Origin: Eledone cirrhosa
Lineage: Eukaryota
Assembly: GCA_964016885.1 (NCBI GenBank)
Contig: OZ024740.1
Span: 178,126,001 to 178,190,000, forward strand
Reading direction: 5' to 3'
Length of the DNA stretch: 64,000 bases
Positions 1-12,244 of the stretch are shown here, in pieces. The notes below the pieces were generated by a model that was given only the letters and a program-made list of their open reading frames with translations, ran no database searches and was not told where the DNA came from. The translations under genes and the position numbers were made by a program. How positions within the stretch are numbered: the first letter of the stretch is position 1; each line of letters starts with the position of its first letter.

Positions 1-3000
1 GCTCATATATTCTAAACCATTGATACGATTTCTTTGAAATTTCTTACAGAGCTTCTCCTTGCACAAAACCTGTACATGATCTACAAAGGCTTTCAAAAAT
101 CGATATTGGAGCCTTTGGAGACATTAAAAACGTTTCCCAACCAGCAATTTCTGACAGATTACTAAGTTAAGTTATAGATTTGACATTGTATAATTTATCG
201 TTTCAAGCTTGGTGTTCATACATTACGTTTTGATGCCTTGTGGAAAAAAAGAAGTTACCTCAGCAGATTGTTGACTGGTGTGGTTAAGAAAAAGCAGCGT
301 CGAGCTAATGAAACTGAGGAGCAGAGGACAACTAGGTTATCCACATTAGCTGCCTACAACGCAAGACTCAATACTTCGCATTCATCACATCGATACTCAG
401 TAGAAAAGCTTGCGACCCATATGGCAAAAAATGCACAAACCACTGCTGCTTCACGCTCAAATGTGTCTACAGAGGAATGTACTATTCGGTTAGCGCGGAA
501 TGCTGCCGCAACTGTTGCCTCAAGAGCTGCGGAGATACCTGAACAGTGTGCAACTTGAACAAAACTCAATGCTGCCGTGACTGCTGCCTCAAGAGCTGCG
601 GAGACACCTGAATAACGCATACGTCGCCAGGCTTCCGATTGTGCTTATCGGACTGCTGCGATAGCTTCTGAAACATTGGTTGAAAGAACTACTCGACTAC
701 AAATAATTGCGCATCATAAAGCTACGAGGAATAGATGGGTTTTCAAAGCCTTTCATTATGACCCCTCTGAAAATTATGCTGACCACAAAGATGTTGCGAT
801 TGGTCGTATGTCCAAAATCTGTCACACTGTAAATCACTAACTTGGCCGGAGAGCCTGTTGGTCTATGCTGCTCAAATGGAAAGGTTTGTCTGCCCAACAG
901 CCCTGAAACTCCACAGCCTTTAAAGTCCTTTCTGCTTGGTGAGCATCCATATTCTCAAGATTTCATGAACTGAATACAGGCATACAATTCTGCATCTCAA
1001 ATGACAAGTTTTGGTCATAAGCCTATATCTTATGTAAACTTTAATCCCACTTTTACCATTGAGGGACAGACGTACCATTTAATTGGTTCTCTTCTAATAA
1101 CAGATGCTTCTCATCATAATTTTCTTCAGATATACTTCATGGGACCAGAGAGAGAGCAAATTGCACGTAGGGCTGCTGTTGCTCCAGGCACATACACGGC
1201 TGTTCTTGGACCTCTTCAGGAAATGCTTCATGAGCACAACCGGTATATCAACCAATTTAAAACGGCTATTCAACGACGCCGGGCAGACAATGCCGACTTT
1301 AAGGTTGTTATTAGAAGTGACAGAACTCCTGTTGGGGAACATAACCGCTGTTACAACCGACCCAAAACAGAGGAGGTTGCTGTTTTGCTTTGCAATCCCA
1401 ATGCAACTCTTTCCAAACGAGATATCATCCTAGAGTGGCAGGACTCCCATCTTAAGAGGACCAATGAATTAAATCCAGCCTATGATGCCCTTCAATACCC
1501 CTTACTATTTCCCTATGGAGAGGGTGGATACAGTCCTCATATCCCTACCATTGTACCTACAGCACACCAAACAGCACAGCCTCCAAAAATGGTTTCCGTG
1601 ATGAACTTCTACAGTTACAGATTGATGGTTAGAACGAACAACTTCAACAGTCTTCACAGAGCAGGGGCTCTTCTGAATCAGTATTTTGTGATTATGTATG
1701 CTAAGGTAGGATTTACTCCCCTTTCAGTCATGTGTACCTATAATTTTTATTAAAATCTTTGCATAACCATCCTATTCTTTACCCTTGCAGATTGACTCGG
1801 AACGACTTCTTTGGATTCACCATAATCAAAAGCAGCTCCGTGCAGATGAATATGCCAAGGTTCGAGACGAGGTTAATAGCAATGACAATGTAACTGCTTC
1901 TGAGGTTGGTATTCGAATCCTGCCATTGTCATATATAGACGGCCCGAGGTATATGCATGAAAATATGCAGGACGCTCTCACATATGTTCATCTTTACAAC
2001 CGCCCTGATCTTTTCATAACGTTCACATGCAACCCCAAATGGGAGGACATCCAAATGAGCTTACTTCCGGGCCAACGACCAGCAGATCACCATGACATCA
2101 CTGCTCGCGTTTTTCATCTTAAAGTTCGTAAAATGATTGATTTGTTTAAATGTGATGAAATTTTCGGGCCGATCAAATGTTTTACGTATACTGTTGAAGG
2201 GCAAAAATGTGGTCTACCTCACGCCAACATCTTACTCTGGCTACAAAGCAAACTTTGACCTTCTGACGTGGACACAGTCATAAGTGCAGAATTTCCAAAT
2301 CTCAACGAAGACCCCCAGTTGTACAAAATCACTTGAAAAAATATCTTCATGCATAGCAAAGGGAAAATGCACTGAGAAATATCCACGAAAGCTTTTGGCT
2401 GAGACGATCACAGGTAACGATGGTTACCCATTATATCGCAGAAGAGCTCCTGGACATGGCGGTTTCACAGCAACAATCAAACATGGATCTAACCGAGAAT
2501 TTACAATTGATAACAAATGGGTTGTTCCACATAACAAGATGCTATGCAAGACATTTAATACGCATTAACGTTGAATATTGTAACTCAGTTAAATCTATAC
2601 GTTACTTTTGCAAATACGTCAATAAGGGATCCAATAGATCCGTCTTTCAAGTGGCACAAACAGGAACAACAGCTGCATCAACAGATGAGGTAGAACTGTT
2701 TCAAATAGGGCGTTATATCTCAACCAATGAGGCCGTTTGGAGAACGTTTGGTTTCCCTATACACGAGCGATTCCCCCCTGTTCAACATCTCAGTGTTCAC
2801 TTAGAGGACAAGCAGAGAATTTACTTCACTGAAGAAAACTTACGTCAACAGGCTCTTGCCCCGCGTAGGTCAACTTTGACTGCATTTTTCGAACTCTGTA
2901 CGGTTGACTCATACGCAAAAACTCTTCTGTATGTTGATGTTCCTCATTATTATTCTTGGAACCACTCAACTTGCTTATGGCAAAGAAGAAAACAGGGCCG

Positions 3001-4938
3001 ACATATCGATTCAGATCCTGCCATTTTTGAAAGTGATACAATAGGACGCGTCTATACTCTTCATCCTTTGAACTTCGAATGCTTCCATAGTTGTGGCAAT
3101 TGGAGGCCAACGTTTGGAGGCATACTGCCTCCCTTCTCCGGATAGAAACCAAGAGCAAACTTTTTATCGACTCCTCCTTAGAGAAACCAGCTACGACAAT
3201 ACGTAGCTGTCAACAAACCTCTCCTTAATCCAGATCAAGAATCTGCATACAAATCTGTTCTAAATAAGGTATACAGCAATAGTGGCGGGATTATCTTCAT
3301 AGATGCACCTGGAGGGACCGGTAAAACATTTCTGCTTAATCTTATTCTTGCTAAGGTAAGGCAGAATGGCGACATTGCACTTGCTGTTGCCTCTTCAGGT
3401 ATAGCTGCGACTCTTTTAGGTGGCGCACAGCACACTCGACCTTCAAGCTGCCACTGAACGTCGTCCATCAAGAGAATCCCATCTGCAATATCTCACATAG
3501 TTCTCACGAAGCTGCTATGTTGAAAAGTTGTAAACTAATTGTGTGGGATGAGGCAACCATGTCCCATAAAGGATCTCTTCAGGCACTAGATGCCACAATG
3601 AAAGATCTTAGATCTAATGACAATATATTTGGAGGAGCCACTCTTCTTCTCGCAGGTGACTTCAGACAGATAATTCCGGTGGTACCAAATGGATCACCTG
3701 CTGATGAAGTGGATGCCTGCTTAAAAAAGTCCTCTTTTTGGCAGTTTGTTGAGGTACAAAAACTAACAATTAATATGCGATCGCTATTACAAACTGGTTG
3801 TCCGTCTACGCCGTTTTCCACTCAACTGTTCCAAATCGGAGATGGTCAACTTGAGTCCGACAACAATGGATACATTGATACTTCTAGCATTGGCCGCTCA
3901 GTCTCAACGCCCGATGACTTATGTTCTTCAGTTTATCCAAATCTTTCAACTGATTGGCTTTGTGAGAGGGCTATTCTTGCACCCACAAATGCTGCTGTTA
4001 AGCTGATCAATCACAAAATAGTTGGTCAGTTGCCCTTTATTAAACGCTGTTACAAGTCAGTTGACATTGTTACAGACTTTGATCAAGTGACCAACTTCCC
4101 AACAGAGTTTCTTAACTCTCAGGATCCTCCAGGACTACCTCCTCACGAGTTGTATCTAAAAGTTGGAGCTCCTGTTATCCTGCTACATAATTTACACCCT
4201 CCCCCCTCTTTCTAGTGGTAAAGCAACTGATGAACCTTGTAATTGAGGCAGAAATAATCACAGGACCCGGGCGAAATGAATCTGTTTTTGTTCCCAAAAT
4301 TCCTTTTACCCCCTCTGATTGTCCATTTCACATGAAAAGGTTACAATTCCCACTCAAGCTTAGTTTTGCAATGACCATAAACAAATCTCAAGGCCAATCT
4401 CAAAGTTGTTTGTCTGGATCTTCAAACCCATTGCTTTTCACATGGTCAGTTTTACGTTGGCTGTTCTCGAGTTGGTAATCCTGACAGCCTATTTATTTAT
4501 GCTCCTGACGGGAAAACCAAAAATGTTGTGTATAAATCTGCTCTTCAATAATCCAAAAGACAATGAGTGCTCCCACCCAACATTCACCTCTTTTTATAAC
4601 GATTTGCTCATCCATCAGTTCCCCCCTGTTATGTCCAATCTGTATTGTTATTCCAACCTATGTACATAATAGTGTCTATTATTCACTTCACTTCTCTATT
4701 TCATGATGCGCTTTTACTGTTGTCAAAAAAATGTATACCTAGACTGGATTTCTGATGTTACATGGTGTAACGGATGACACCGAGCTCACATATTAATTAT
4801 TTTGCTGGAATAGTGCCTAAGGTTTTCATGTTTACATAAAGTATGTTTTTCTTCTATGTATTCAAATTTACTTTGTTTAGTTTAATGAACTACATCGAAA
4901 GCTACTTGAACTGTCCAAAGGACGGGTACTTTAGCTAG
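1..4938 (+). mobile_element. Helitron (Rep/PIF1-helicase), decayed; 5' end not recognised in the window
   Basis: Frameshifted or stopped ORFs 238-4550 carry Helitron motifs YDALQYPLLFP, PDLFITFTCNPKW, degenerate HUH (EGQKCGLPHANIL), Y2 (RYFCKYVNKG), Walker A GGTGKT (~3312), IVWDE, GDFRQ and AMTINKSQGQ. The 3' end has hairpin ctgtcc-aaa-ggacgg (4911-4925) followed by CTAG (4935-4938) and then T. Confidence 0.95.
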
Positions 4939-5480
4939 TATATATATATATATATATTGATGATGATGATGATGATATATGTAAATGCTTTAATTTTATT
5001 TAAACAAATTTGGGATGTATCTAGAAACATTATCAGTGATGTTACATGGACTCATTTCAGGTTTTTTAACATGAGACACCTTCACCCAGACAACCTAACT
5101 AAAGTTGAGCAAGCTCTGGCTTGTATCAAAGTGGCACTGCTCTGTCCATGGCTGACTTCTCAATCACAGCCTTGAAGCAACTTCATGAGCGTAGAATATA
5201 AGTTTTTGACAGTACAGTTTAGTTGAAGAGTATTTGACCATGACCAGAGTAGCAGTAGAGTTTTGCAGAGGACTGGCAGACTCAGTAGAGCACTGGGCAA
5301 ATGTTTTGCAGTATTTGTCCAGGACTTTTTGGTTCTGAATTCAAATCTCATTGAGGTTAACTTTGTTGTCATCCTTCTGGAGTTGGTAAAATAAGATACT
5401 AACCAAGTACTAAGATCCATTCACTTGGAATACTACCATGATTTGTGGCCGTCCTGGTCTCGGCACTGCAGACTTTATAT

Positions 5481-5745
5481 ATCATCATCATCATCATCGT
5501 TAAACGTCTATCTTCCACGCTAGCATGGGTTAGACGGGAATTTTCCCACTTGAGGCAAGACTGATTGGGTGACTGTGTCATGCTCGTATAGGACTGTATC
5601 TGGCAGGTTTTCTATGGCTGGATGCCCTTCCTAACACCAATCACATTTACAGTGAGGACTGGGAGCCTTTTTACACAACCACTTTACAGTGTGGACTGGG
5701 TGCTTTTTTTGTTGTGACACCTACACGCCCACTTAAGTGTAGACT
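5481..5745 (-). mobile_element. RTE LINE 3' UTR fragment with (GAT)n tail
   Basis: Matches the 3' UTR of the RTE copy at 44111-44340; (ATC)n on the + strand. Confidence 0.8.
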
Positions 5746-5841
5746 TGATGTTCTGTGGTACCAACATAACTTTACAGGGAAAGGGTGGTGTTGGTGGGAG
5801 TGGGAGGCTGGAGTAAGGGTAGTGGGTTGGGGTATATATAT

Positions 5842-6175
5842 ATAGGGTGGGTAAAATTCCCGAGATCCATGGATGAGTTCTCTCCAGCGGTCTCTGTCCT
5901 TCTCATCGCTGCCAGGTCCTGCATCTCCCAGCGACCAGTGTCAGTCCTTAGGGCATCAATATATCCTCAGTCTGCCTCTTCTAGTGTGTCTGTGTAGGGG
6001 CTCCAACAGGACCACTGAGTGGAGTGTCAACTCTGAATGTTGGTGAGCATGACCAGTCTCCCCCATCTTACTTTTGAGCTGACTTTTGGGAAGCTCCCGT
6101 ACAGATCTGAGTTCTCCATCCTTAGAGTATACTGATTAATGTTCAGAGCCATCCTCAGCATTCTCGTATAAGCGG
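5842..6175 (-). mobile_element. 3' fragment of a second RTE-like LINE family
   Basis: Homologous to 62427-62690 (gtaaaattcc.gagatccatgga.gagttctctccagcggtctctgtc); C-terminal GH..RHPE-type motif. Confidence 0.7.
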
Positions 6176-6769
6176 GAGACAGGCTCCTTGCTAGCGGAGA
6201 AAGCAGATGTAAAATGATTATATATATATATACACAATGGCGGACTGGGTCTAAAAATATCGGGTGCCAAGAGATGAAGGGGGGGCCACCTACATATAGA
6301 ATGCTATCAATTAAATTTGATTTTTAAAGTAGGTTTATAATTATTAATTTTCATTATACTTTTGTAGCTGTCTCGGTGGCCTAGTTGGAGGAATCATAGA
6401 CGGTGGAGAACCTGATCTGAAGTTCGATCCTGGTCGGGAGTAGATTTCCTGGTAAACTTTTTCAGTCTTTTTTCTATGGTTTGTAAAATAAAAACTGAAA
6501 GACATTACATGTACCTCTTGACCTGGATTGAACCCACCGTTTCTAGTATCTACCACCAGGCCACTGAGACAACTACGAAAATCTTATGAAAATTCATACT
6601 TCTAAACCTTTCAAAATTTTCAAAACAAAATGATGTGATGTCGTTGACCAAATGCTTTGCTTAATTGTTTTATTTATTTTAAAAAAATGTTTATTCTTTC
6701 TCCTAGACTTCAGGTATTTTTTGTCCTCTCGTCAGCCGCGACGTCGTCCTCGGCTCAGTAAGAGAGAGG

Positions 6770-8530
6770 GTCCCACAACTCTACCACTTTTCTTGGCAGG
6801 CTTATCGGAAGCCCTCCTACCTCTCTTTCAGTGACTAAATCATCACCTCTGCCTCAGTAGTCCAATAAGGAAACCCACTCGGACCCACTGTTTGATCTGG
6901 GCATTGATGACAACACCAAGATGGGGGTTGAGTTGGACCTCAATGTTTGGTACCTCGACGACACTTGTTTGGGGGGAACTCGAGATATGGTTCTCGCCAC
7001 TGCCAACAAAATGGTTGAGGAGCTCGGACGCTGGGGTCTCCAGGTCAATAGCTCCAAATGTGAGCTCTGGATCCTCAACCACCTGGCTTCTCAACACCAC
7101 CAGCTAATCGACCTGTTTACGGAGTTTTTCCCTTCCATTGCGGTCCCTCCCCCATCGGCTTGGTGTTCCCTAAGAGCCCCAATCACAGACCTTGCCTTCA
7201 AGTCAATCTTCCAATCGAAGATGGTTGGCCGTGAGCAGCTGCTGAAGAATATTGAATTTATCAAACCTCATCAAGGTTTCTTCATACTCAGGAACTAGCT
7301 ATCTATTCCTAAGCTTCTGTATCTGCTCAGGGCCAGCCCCTCTCACAGATTTCCATCCTGCCTCCAACGCTTCGACGACCTAATCTTCGAGACTCGAGTG
7401 CCTGGTCAATGTTAGACTCTCTCCAGAGCCCCGCGATCAGGCTGCATTGCCCAAGCGAATTGGGAGTCTTGGTCTTCGTAAGTGTTCTTCCCTCTCTCTC
7501 CCCCTGCTTCTTTTCTTCCACTCACGCTTGCTCCACCCTGGTGAGCAGCATCCTCTCCTCTCCAACATGGACTAGTTCCAACAGGGAGTTGGATGAAGCT
7601 CTCCAACAATGGAGTGAGTTAGGCTTGTCTCTTCCAGAGAAGGTGGAGGACAGTTGAAGTTAGAGTTTGGGACAGCATAAGTTAGAGGGTCACCTTCGAC
7701 TCCCTCTTCGTCCAGTCGGATCAGTTAGCAAGGTGTTGCTTACTATCTGCCAGCGCCAAATACTCAGGTGACTGGGTTGATGCCCTACCTGTGGCTAACA
7801 TTGGTGGCCTACTCAGCCTGGACGAACTTTGTGTCTCCATTGCCCTCAGAGTGGGAGCTGACGTCTGCATGGGGTTGAGGTGTCGATGCTGTAAACTCCT
7901 CGACTCCATAGGCCTACAGTCTTTCTTGCTGCCTGAATGCCGGCTGCTTCATGCATCGCATGGAGCTAAACCTCATTCTTGAGAGAGCTTTGGCTCAGGT
8001 GAACATCCCTCAATCCTGTAACCATCTGGGTTGTCCAGAAGTGACGGCAAAAGAGCTGATGGCCTTATCCTGTGCCCCTGTTCGAGAGGCAAGTGCCTTG
8101 TCTGGGACATCACTGTTAGTGACTCTTTTGCTTCTTCCCACATCCTGGATGCTGCGGTTAGGGCGAGAAGCACACCTTCCGCAGCCGAGCGAAGCAAGAC
8201 CCTCAAATACAGTGATCTGTCGGCCAGCTACATTTTCCAGCCTGTGGCTTTCGAGACGTTTGGGGGAGACAGGCTGCTGACGGTGAGTTTCCTCTCTTCA
8301 CTGGCGGCTCGCCTAATAGAATTAACTGGCGAATCTCGCAGGACGCTTGGTTGTTCCAGCGCATCAGCCTAGCCATCACCCAAGGCAACGTTGCGAGTGT
8401 GCTGGCTTGCCTAAAAAAATCATTAGAGAAGTTGCCCAGTACTCCTCGCGACGCTGCTGTCTTTTGCTCTGGTGGTGGGTCGGTTGTTCACCCCTTCCTT
8501 TATATTTTCTTTAATATTGCAACATTAAAG
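6770..8530 (+). mobile_element. CRE-like non-LTR retrotransposon (RT plus restriction-like endonuclease), 5'-truncated and decayed
   Basis: RT core NVWYLDD and GLQVNSSKCE. RLE domain GLSRSDGKRADG...WDITVSDSFA...KTLKY...FQPVAFETFG...QRISLAITQGN. Several frameshifts and stops. Confidence 0.85.
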
Positions 8531-8967
8531 GAATATATCCTGAAAGAATCGCGAGCAATTTATAATGTTATTTAAGCATTTGTATATATTTAAAACATAT
8601 TTGTTATGTTATTCTACTGTAAATTTATTTATATGCTTTGTATATTAATTGTATTTATTTATATTTTCGTTCTGTAATGAGTTGTAGCGCGTGAATATAT
8701 ATATATTTACAGATCTTATTCATATGTATGCATAATTATGTGAAATGAATAACGATTTTCTTTACATTTTGTGTCAAATACTCCCTGCGCTTCAATGGTA
8801 AATACTGGTTAACAGACCTAAAACACACATAACATGTTTCAAACAGAATACCAAACACTGGGTTATAGCACCTGTCACAAAAACTTGTGCAGTTCTAAAA
8901 TTTCCTTAAATTAAACCCTGATAGGCCTAAATTAGAACGACGAAAAGAAGAGATACTGTTTACTTAC

Positions 8968-9114
8968 ATTCGATTTTGGTGGATAAAACTCTATTGTTTT
9001 AATCCTATTACTAGTATTGGTTACATAAATGTTTTCTTCGTGCCACACATTGTTTATGAAATTAATAGAAGAGGGCCGAACCGATAAGGCTTTACACACA
9101 TTTTTCTCGGACAT
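8968..9114 (-). CDS. Probable first coding exon of a divergent ciliary ASH/Ig-like-domain gene (CFAP47-like)
   Basis: acaaaATG start, 49 codons MSEKNVCKALSVRPSSINFINNVWHEENIYVTNTSNRIKTIEFYPPKSN, then a phase-0 GTAAGT donor. The pattern L.V.P..I.F...I.V.N.....I.F..P resembles the CFAP47 N-terminus as I recall it. Confidence 0.5.
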
Positions 9115-9651
9115 TTTGTACACAGTCTGCGTTGACAAGTAAACAACATCGAATGTTTTCAAACTTCGCTGGGTGTTTTTGGTTGCGAGATATTCTTTCA
9201 TTCATTTACTTAGTTTCGTATTCGTTTCAACCAAATGTATTTTTTTTCTTTTTACATATCTATCGGTTTTTAACCCTCGTCTTCTGTTATAAAATTCTAT
9301 TCGCCCGCGACGACATTGGTGACAGGGTGCATTAGCCCTCGCTTTTTCTTTGGACAGGAACAATAACGTGAAGAAGACTTGCATGTGCGGCTGCTTGTCT
9401 TCCATGAAACACATTTTCTCTGCGTCTTGGAGAGGAATTTTCCAGAAGCCAACCCATGGTTTCACGAAAAATATAGAGACTCCTTATATAATTCCACCGT
9501 TCGCATCTAGGGTATTTTATACAAAGGAATATCGAATTTATATTACGACATATTTATATAAATACAATTTATTTTATTAACTATTTCGCTAACAAACAGG
9601 AAGCAAGACAAAAAGAAAAAATGCAAATAAAAGAGGAGAGGAGAAGGGAGA

Positions 9652-9842
9652 GATAGACTGTACACCCATGTGTTGAGGGGAAGACTCTATACCCCTTGTG
9701 GTATATCTCAGGTGTGCCTTGATAAAAGAGGAAAGGAGGGACAGACTCTACATCCCTGTGTTGGCGGTATATTTCAGGTGCGCCGCAAGGGTGGGGCAGA
9801 CTCTACATCCTTGCGTTAGTAGCATATCTCAGGTGTACTCCG
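9652..9842 (+). repeat. Degenerate short tandem repeat (agactctacatcc...tat(a)tctcaggtg, about 3-4 units)
   Basis: Motif recurs near 9654, 9682, 9743 and 9798. Confidence 0.6.
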
Positions 9843-9857
9843 TGGACAAAACTTGAC

Positions 9858-9985
9858 TTGTATAGCGGCTAGCCTAATCGAGCTAAATTGCGATACTCGT
9901 GAGGGCGCTTGGCTGTTCCAGCACATCAACCTCGCCATTACCCGAGGTAACGATGCGAGCGTACTGGTTTGCTTAAAAAAATATG
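9858..9985 (+). mobile_element. CRE-like RLE C-terminal fragment
   Basis: IAASLIELNCDTREGAWLFQHINLAITRGNDASVLVCLKK, homologous to 8300-8420. Confidence 0.75.
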
Positions 9986-10439
9986 TACTCTCGGCCCATT
10001 ATTCACAGGGATGTAATTTATTTCTGTTATTTTTATTTTATAGAACCTCCGAAGAATTAAAAGCAAAGCTGACTTTGATAGGACATGAACTCGGGTTGAT
10101 TTAAGATATTAACTATATCGATTATTTAATTTAATGTAGCAAAGACATATTTTCAATTTTTTTTTTATTCTCTATTATTCCATGTTCATTAACTATTTGA
10201 CAACCACAAACAAAAAAAAGTATTAGAAGGAGCTTCTGATACCTCTTGTGGCGTGTGACCAATTTACGCACTTTTAATTGAAGATTTTATTCACAATTGT
10301 ATAAAAAATATTAAAAAGGAAAAGGTAGAAAACAAATACACACTTCTTCGACCACAGCGAAAGGGGTGGGTAAGCGAACTACTGCCAGAACAAAAGATAA
10401 CGATATTGCAAGGAGCACTGGAACCTCTCTAATAATATT

Positions 10440-10630
10440 TTAGGCAGCCAGCATGCTTGCAGAGTTACCTCGGGTGATGGCGAGGCTGGTGCATTGAAAC
10501 ACTGATGACAAGAACTTCGCAGTAGGCGGCCCGATTTCCCCAAACGCCTCGAACGCCACAGGCTGAAAAAGGTAGTTAACCGACAAATCTCAGTATTTCA
10601 GAATTTTGTTCCGTTCGGCTATGGAAGCCG
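10440..10630 (-). mobile_element. CRE-like RLE fragment
   Basis: Minus strand encodes KILKY*DLSVNYLFQPVAFEAFGEIG and LAITRGNSASMLAA. Confidence 0.7.
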
Positions 10631-10777
10631 TAGTGTTGAATTGATGGTTTATTGTGGTAACAAATGAATTCTTGTTATTATAAATACAAACAAAATAATA
10701 TCAAAAACAAAAAGCAAAGAAATAATAAGAAGGAAACAAACAAAAGAAAGAATAGATATATTCCGTTTTTCTAATCC

Positions 10778-10968
10778 AGATATTTGGGACGCGACATGCT
10801 GCGACTCGTTCTCTGCTTCCAACCTTGTCGCTTCGGCCTCAAACCCGTGCTTGACCGACCACTTCCTCTTTGTACCGGTCTCTGTCGAGACCTCTGGCGT
10901 CTTTGGTTCTCGCACTGCTAAAATCTCGCATTTCCGTAAAATCGGAAACATGGTGGTCCGCGTGAGGT
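10778..10968 (+). mobile_element. CRE-like RLE fragment (divergent family)
   Basis: The + frame reads IWDATCCDSFSASNLVASA...FLFVPVSVETSGVFG, the WD.T..D / F.P...ET.G RLE motif. Confidence 0.65.
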
Positions 10969-11271
10969 AGAGTTATTGTTGCAGCGGGTGTCTTTGACCA
11001 TCATTTCCGATACCTTTACCATTTTGTCCGTGGTAAGCAGCTGAAACAGCGCTACTGTTTGGGGTATGATCTCTGTTCCTCCCTCCCCTATCCGTTTCTT
11101 TCGTTGCTTGATTACTTTTCTTTTTCTTTTTTTTGTTCACTTTAATAGTGTTTTGTTTTTTAAGTATACACAGCTATGTAAAATAAAATGTTAACTCCTA
11201 AAAAAAATGTTTATATATTGATAACAACAACTAAATAAATACGAAACTGTCAGTTATGTGAGTCTAGCTCT

Positions 11272-11285
11272 GTTACTATGGTAAC
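11272..11285. promoter_or_regulatory. RFX X-box upstream of DNAJB13
   Basis: GTTACTATGGTAAC is a near-perfect palindromic X-box, 90 bp upstream of the ATG of a motile-cilia gene. Confidence 0.8.
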
Positions 11286-11375
11286 ATATAAGCAACTTGT
11301 TTATAAAATCTTATAGCGATATTTTCACTTCATCTTTCACACGATTTATTAATCTAATTAACTCGTAATATAAAC

Positions 11376-11443
11376 ATGGGAATCGACTATTATGAAATAC
11401 TAGATATTACGAGGAGTGCAAACGATGCTGATATAAAAAAGAG
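11376..11443 (+). CDS. DNAJB13: DNAJB13 exon 1 (J-domain start)
   Basis: MGIDYYEILDITRSANDADIKK(S); 68 nt; donor AG|GCAAGT (GC-AG intron). Confidence 0.92.
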
Positions 11444-11824
11444 GCAAGTTACGTAGATTCATTATTTTATTATGTTAGTTTGTAAATAGTAGCTACCAAT
11501 AACATGCTGACACATTATGTACATTTTATTTGTTTATGGACTATATCATGTAAATACAGTTTAATAGAAAAAGGAAAAAAAATTAGATTGAGATAAAATT
11601 CTATTTTGGCTTACCTGACTTTTAACGGTCTGAAGAATGAAAGTAAATTTATTTTCATTTTCAACGTCATGAAAATGAAACTACATTTATTGTCATTAAT
11701 TATTTTCATTTTCGATTGTAAATGTTGTTGATACTGTCCGTTCTGTGTGTGTTGAAAAAAAGGTATGCCTTATTGGCATACCTAACTTTTGTTATAATGT
11801 AATAATACATTCATTGTTATACTA

Positions 11825-12244
11825 TTAAAGAAAAGAAAATATTAAGGAAGGGGTGGACAACCGAGCCACCACCAGAGCAAAAGACAGCAGCATCGCGAGG
11901 AGTATCGGGAAACCTCACTAATGCTTTTTGAGGCAAGCCAGCACACTTGCAGCGTTACCTCGGATGATAGACAGGCTGATGCGCTGTAACAACCAAGCGC
12001 CCTCGCGTGATTCGCTAGTTACCTTTATTAGTCGAGCCGCCAGTGAAAATAGGAATCTCGCAGTCAGTAGCTCGACTTCCCCAAACGTCTCGAAAGCCAC
12101 AGGCTGGAAAATGTAGTTGGCCGACAGATTACAGTATTTAAGGGTTTTGCTCCGTTCGGTTGTGCAAGCTGTGACTTTCGCCCTAACTGCGGCATCCAGG
12201 ATGTGGGAAAAATCAAAAGAGTCAATAACTGTGACGTCCCAGAC
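11825..12244 (-). mobile_element. CRE-like 3' fragment including 3' UTR
   Basis: Inverted homolog of 8100-8520: VWDVTVIDSF...FQPVAFETFG...QRISLSIIRGNAASVLACLKK, with the same 3' UTR. Confidence 0.85.

Noticed and set aside
6368-6580. tRNA-like sequence and an inverted partner as tRNA genes
   Set aside because: A/B-box-like words only, with no cloverleaf; probably SINE-derived remnants.
10649-10951. 100-aa minus-strand ORF as a divergent gene
   Set aside because: The opposite strand encodes a CRE-like RLE motif, so the ORF is its shadow.
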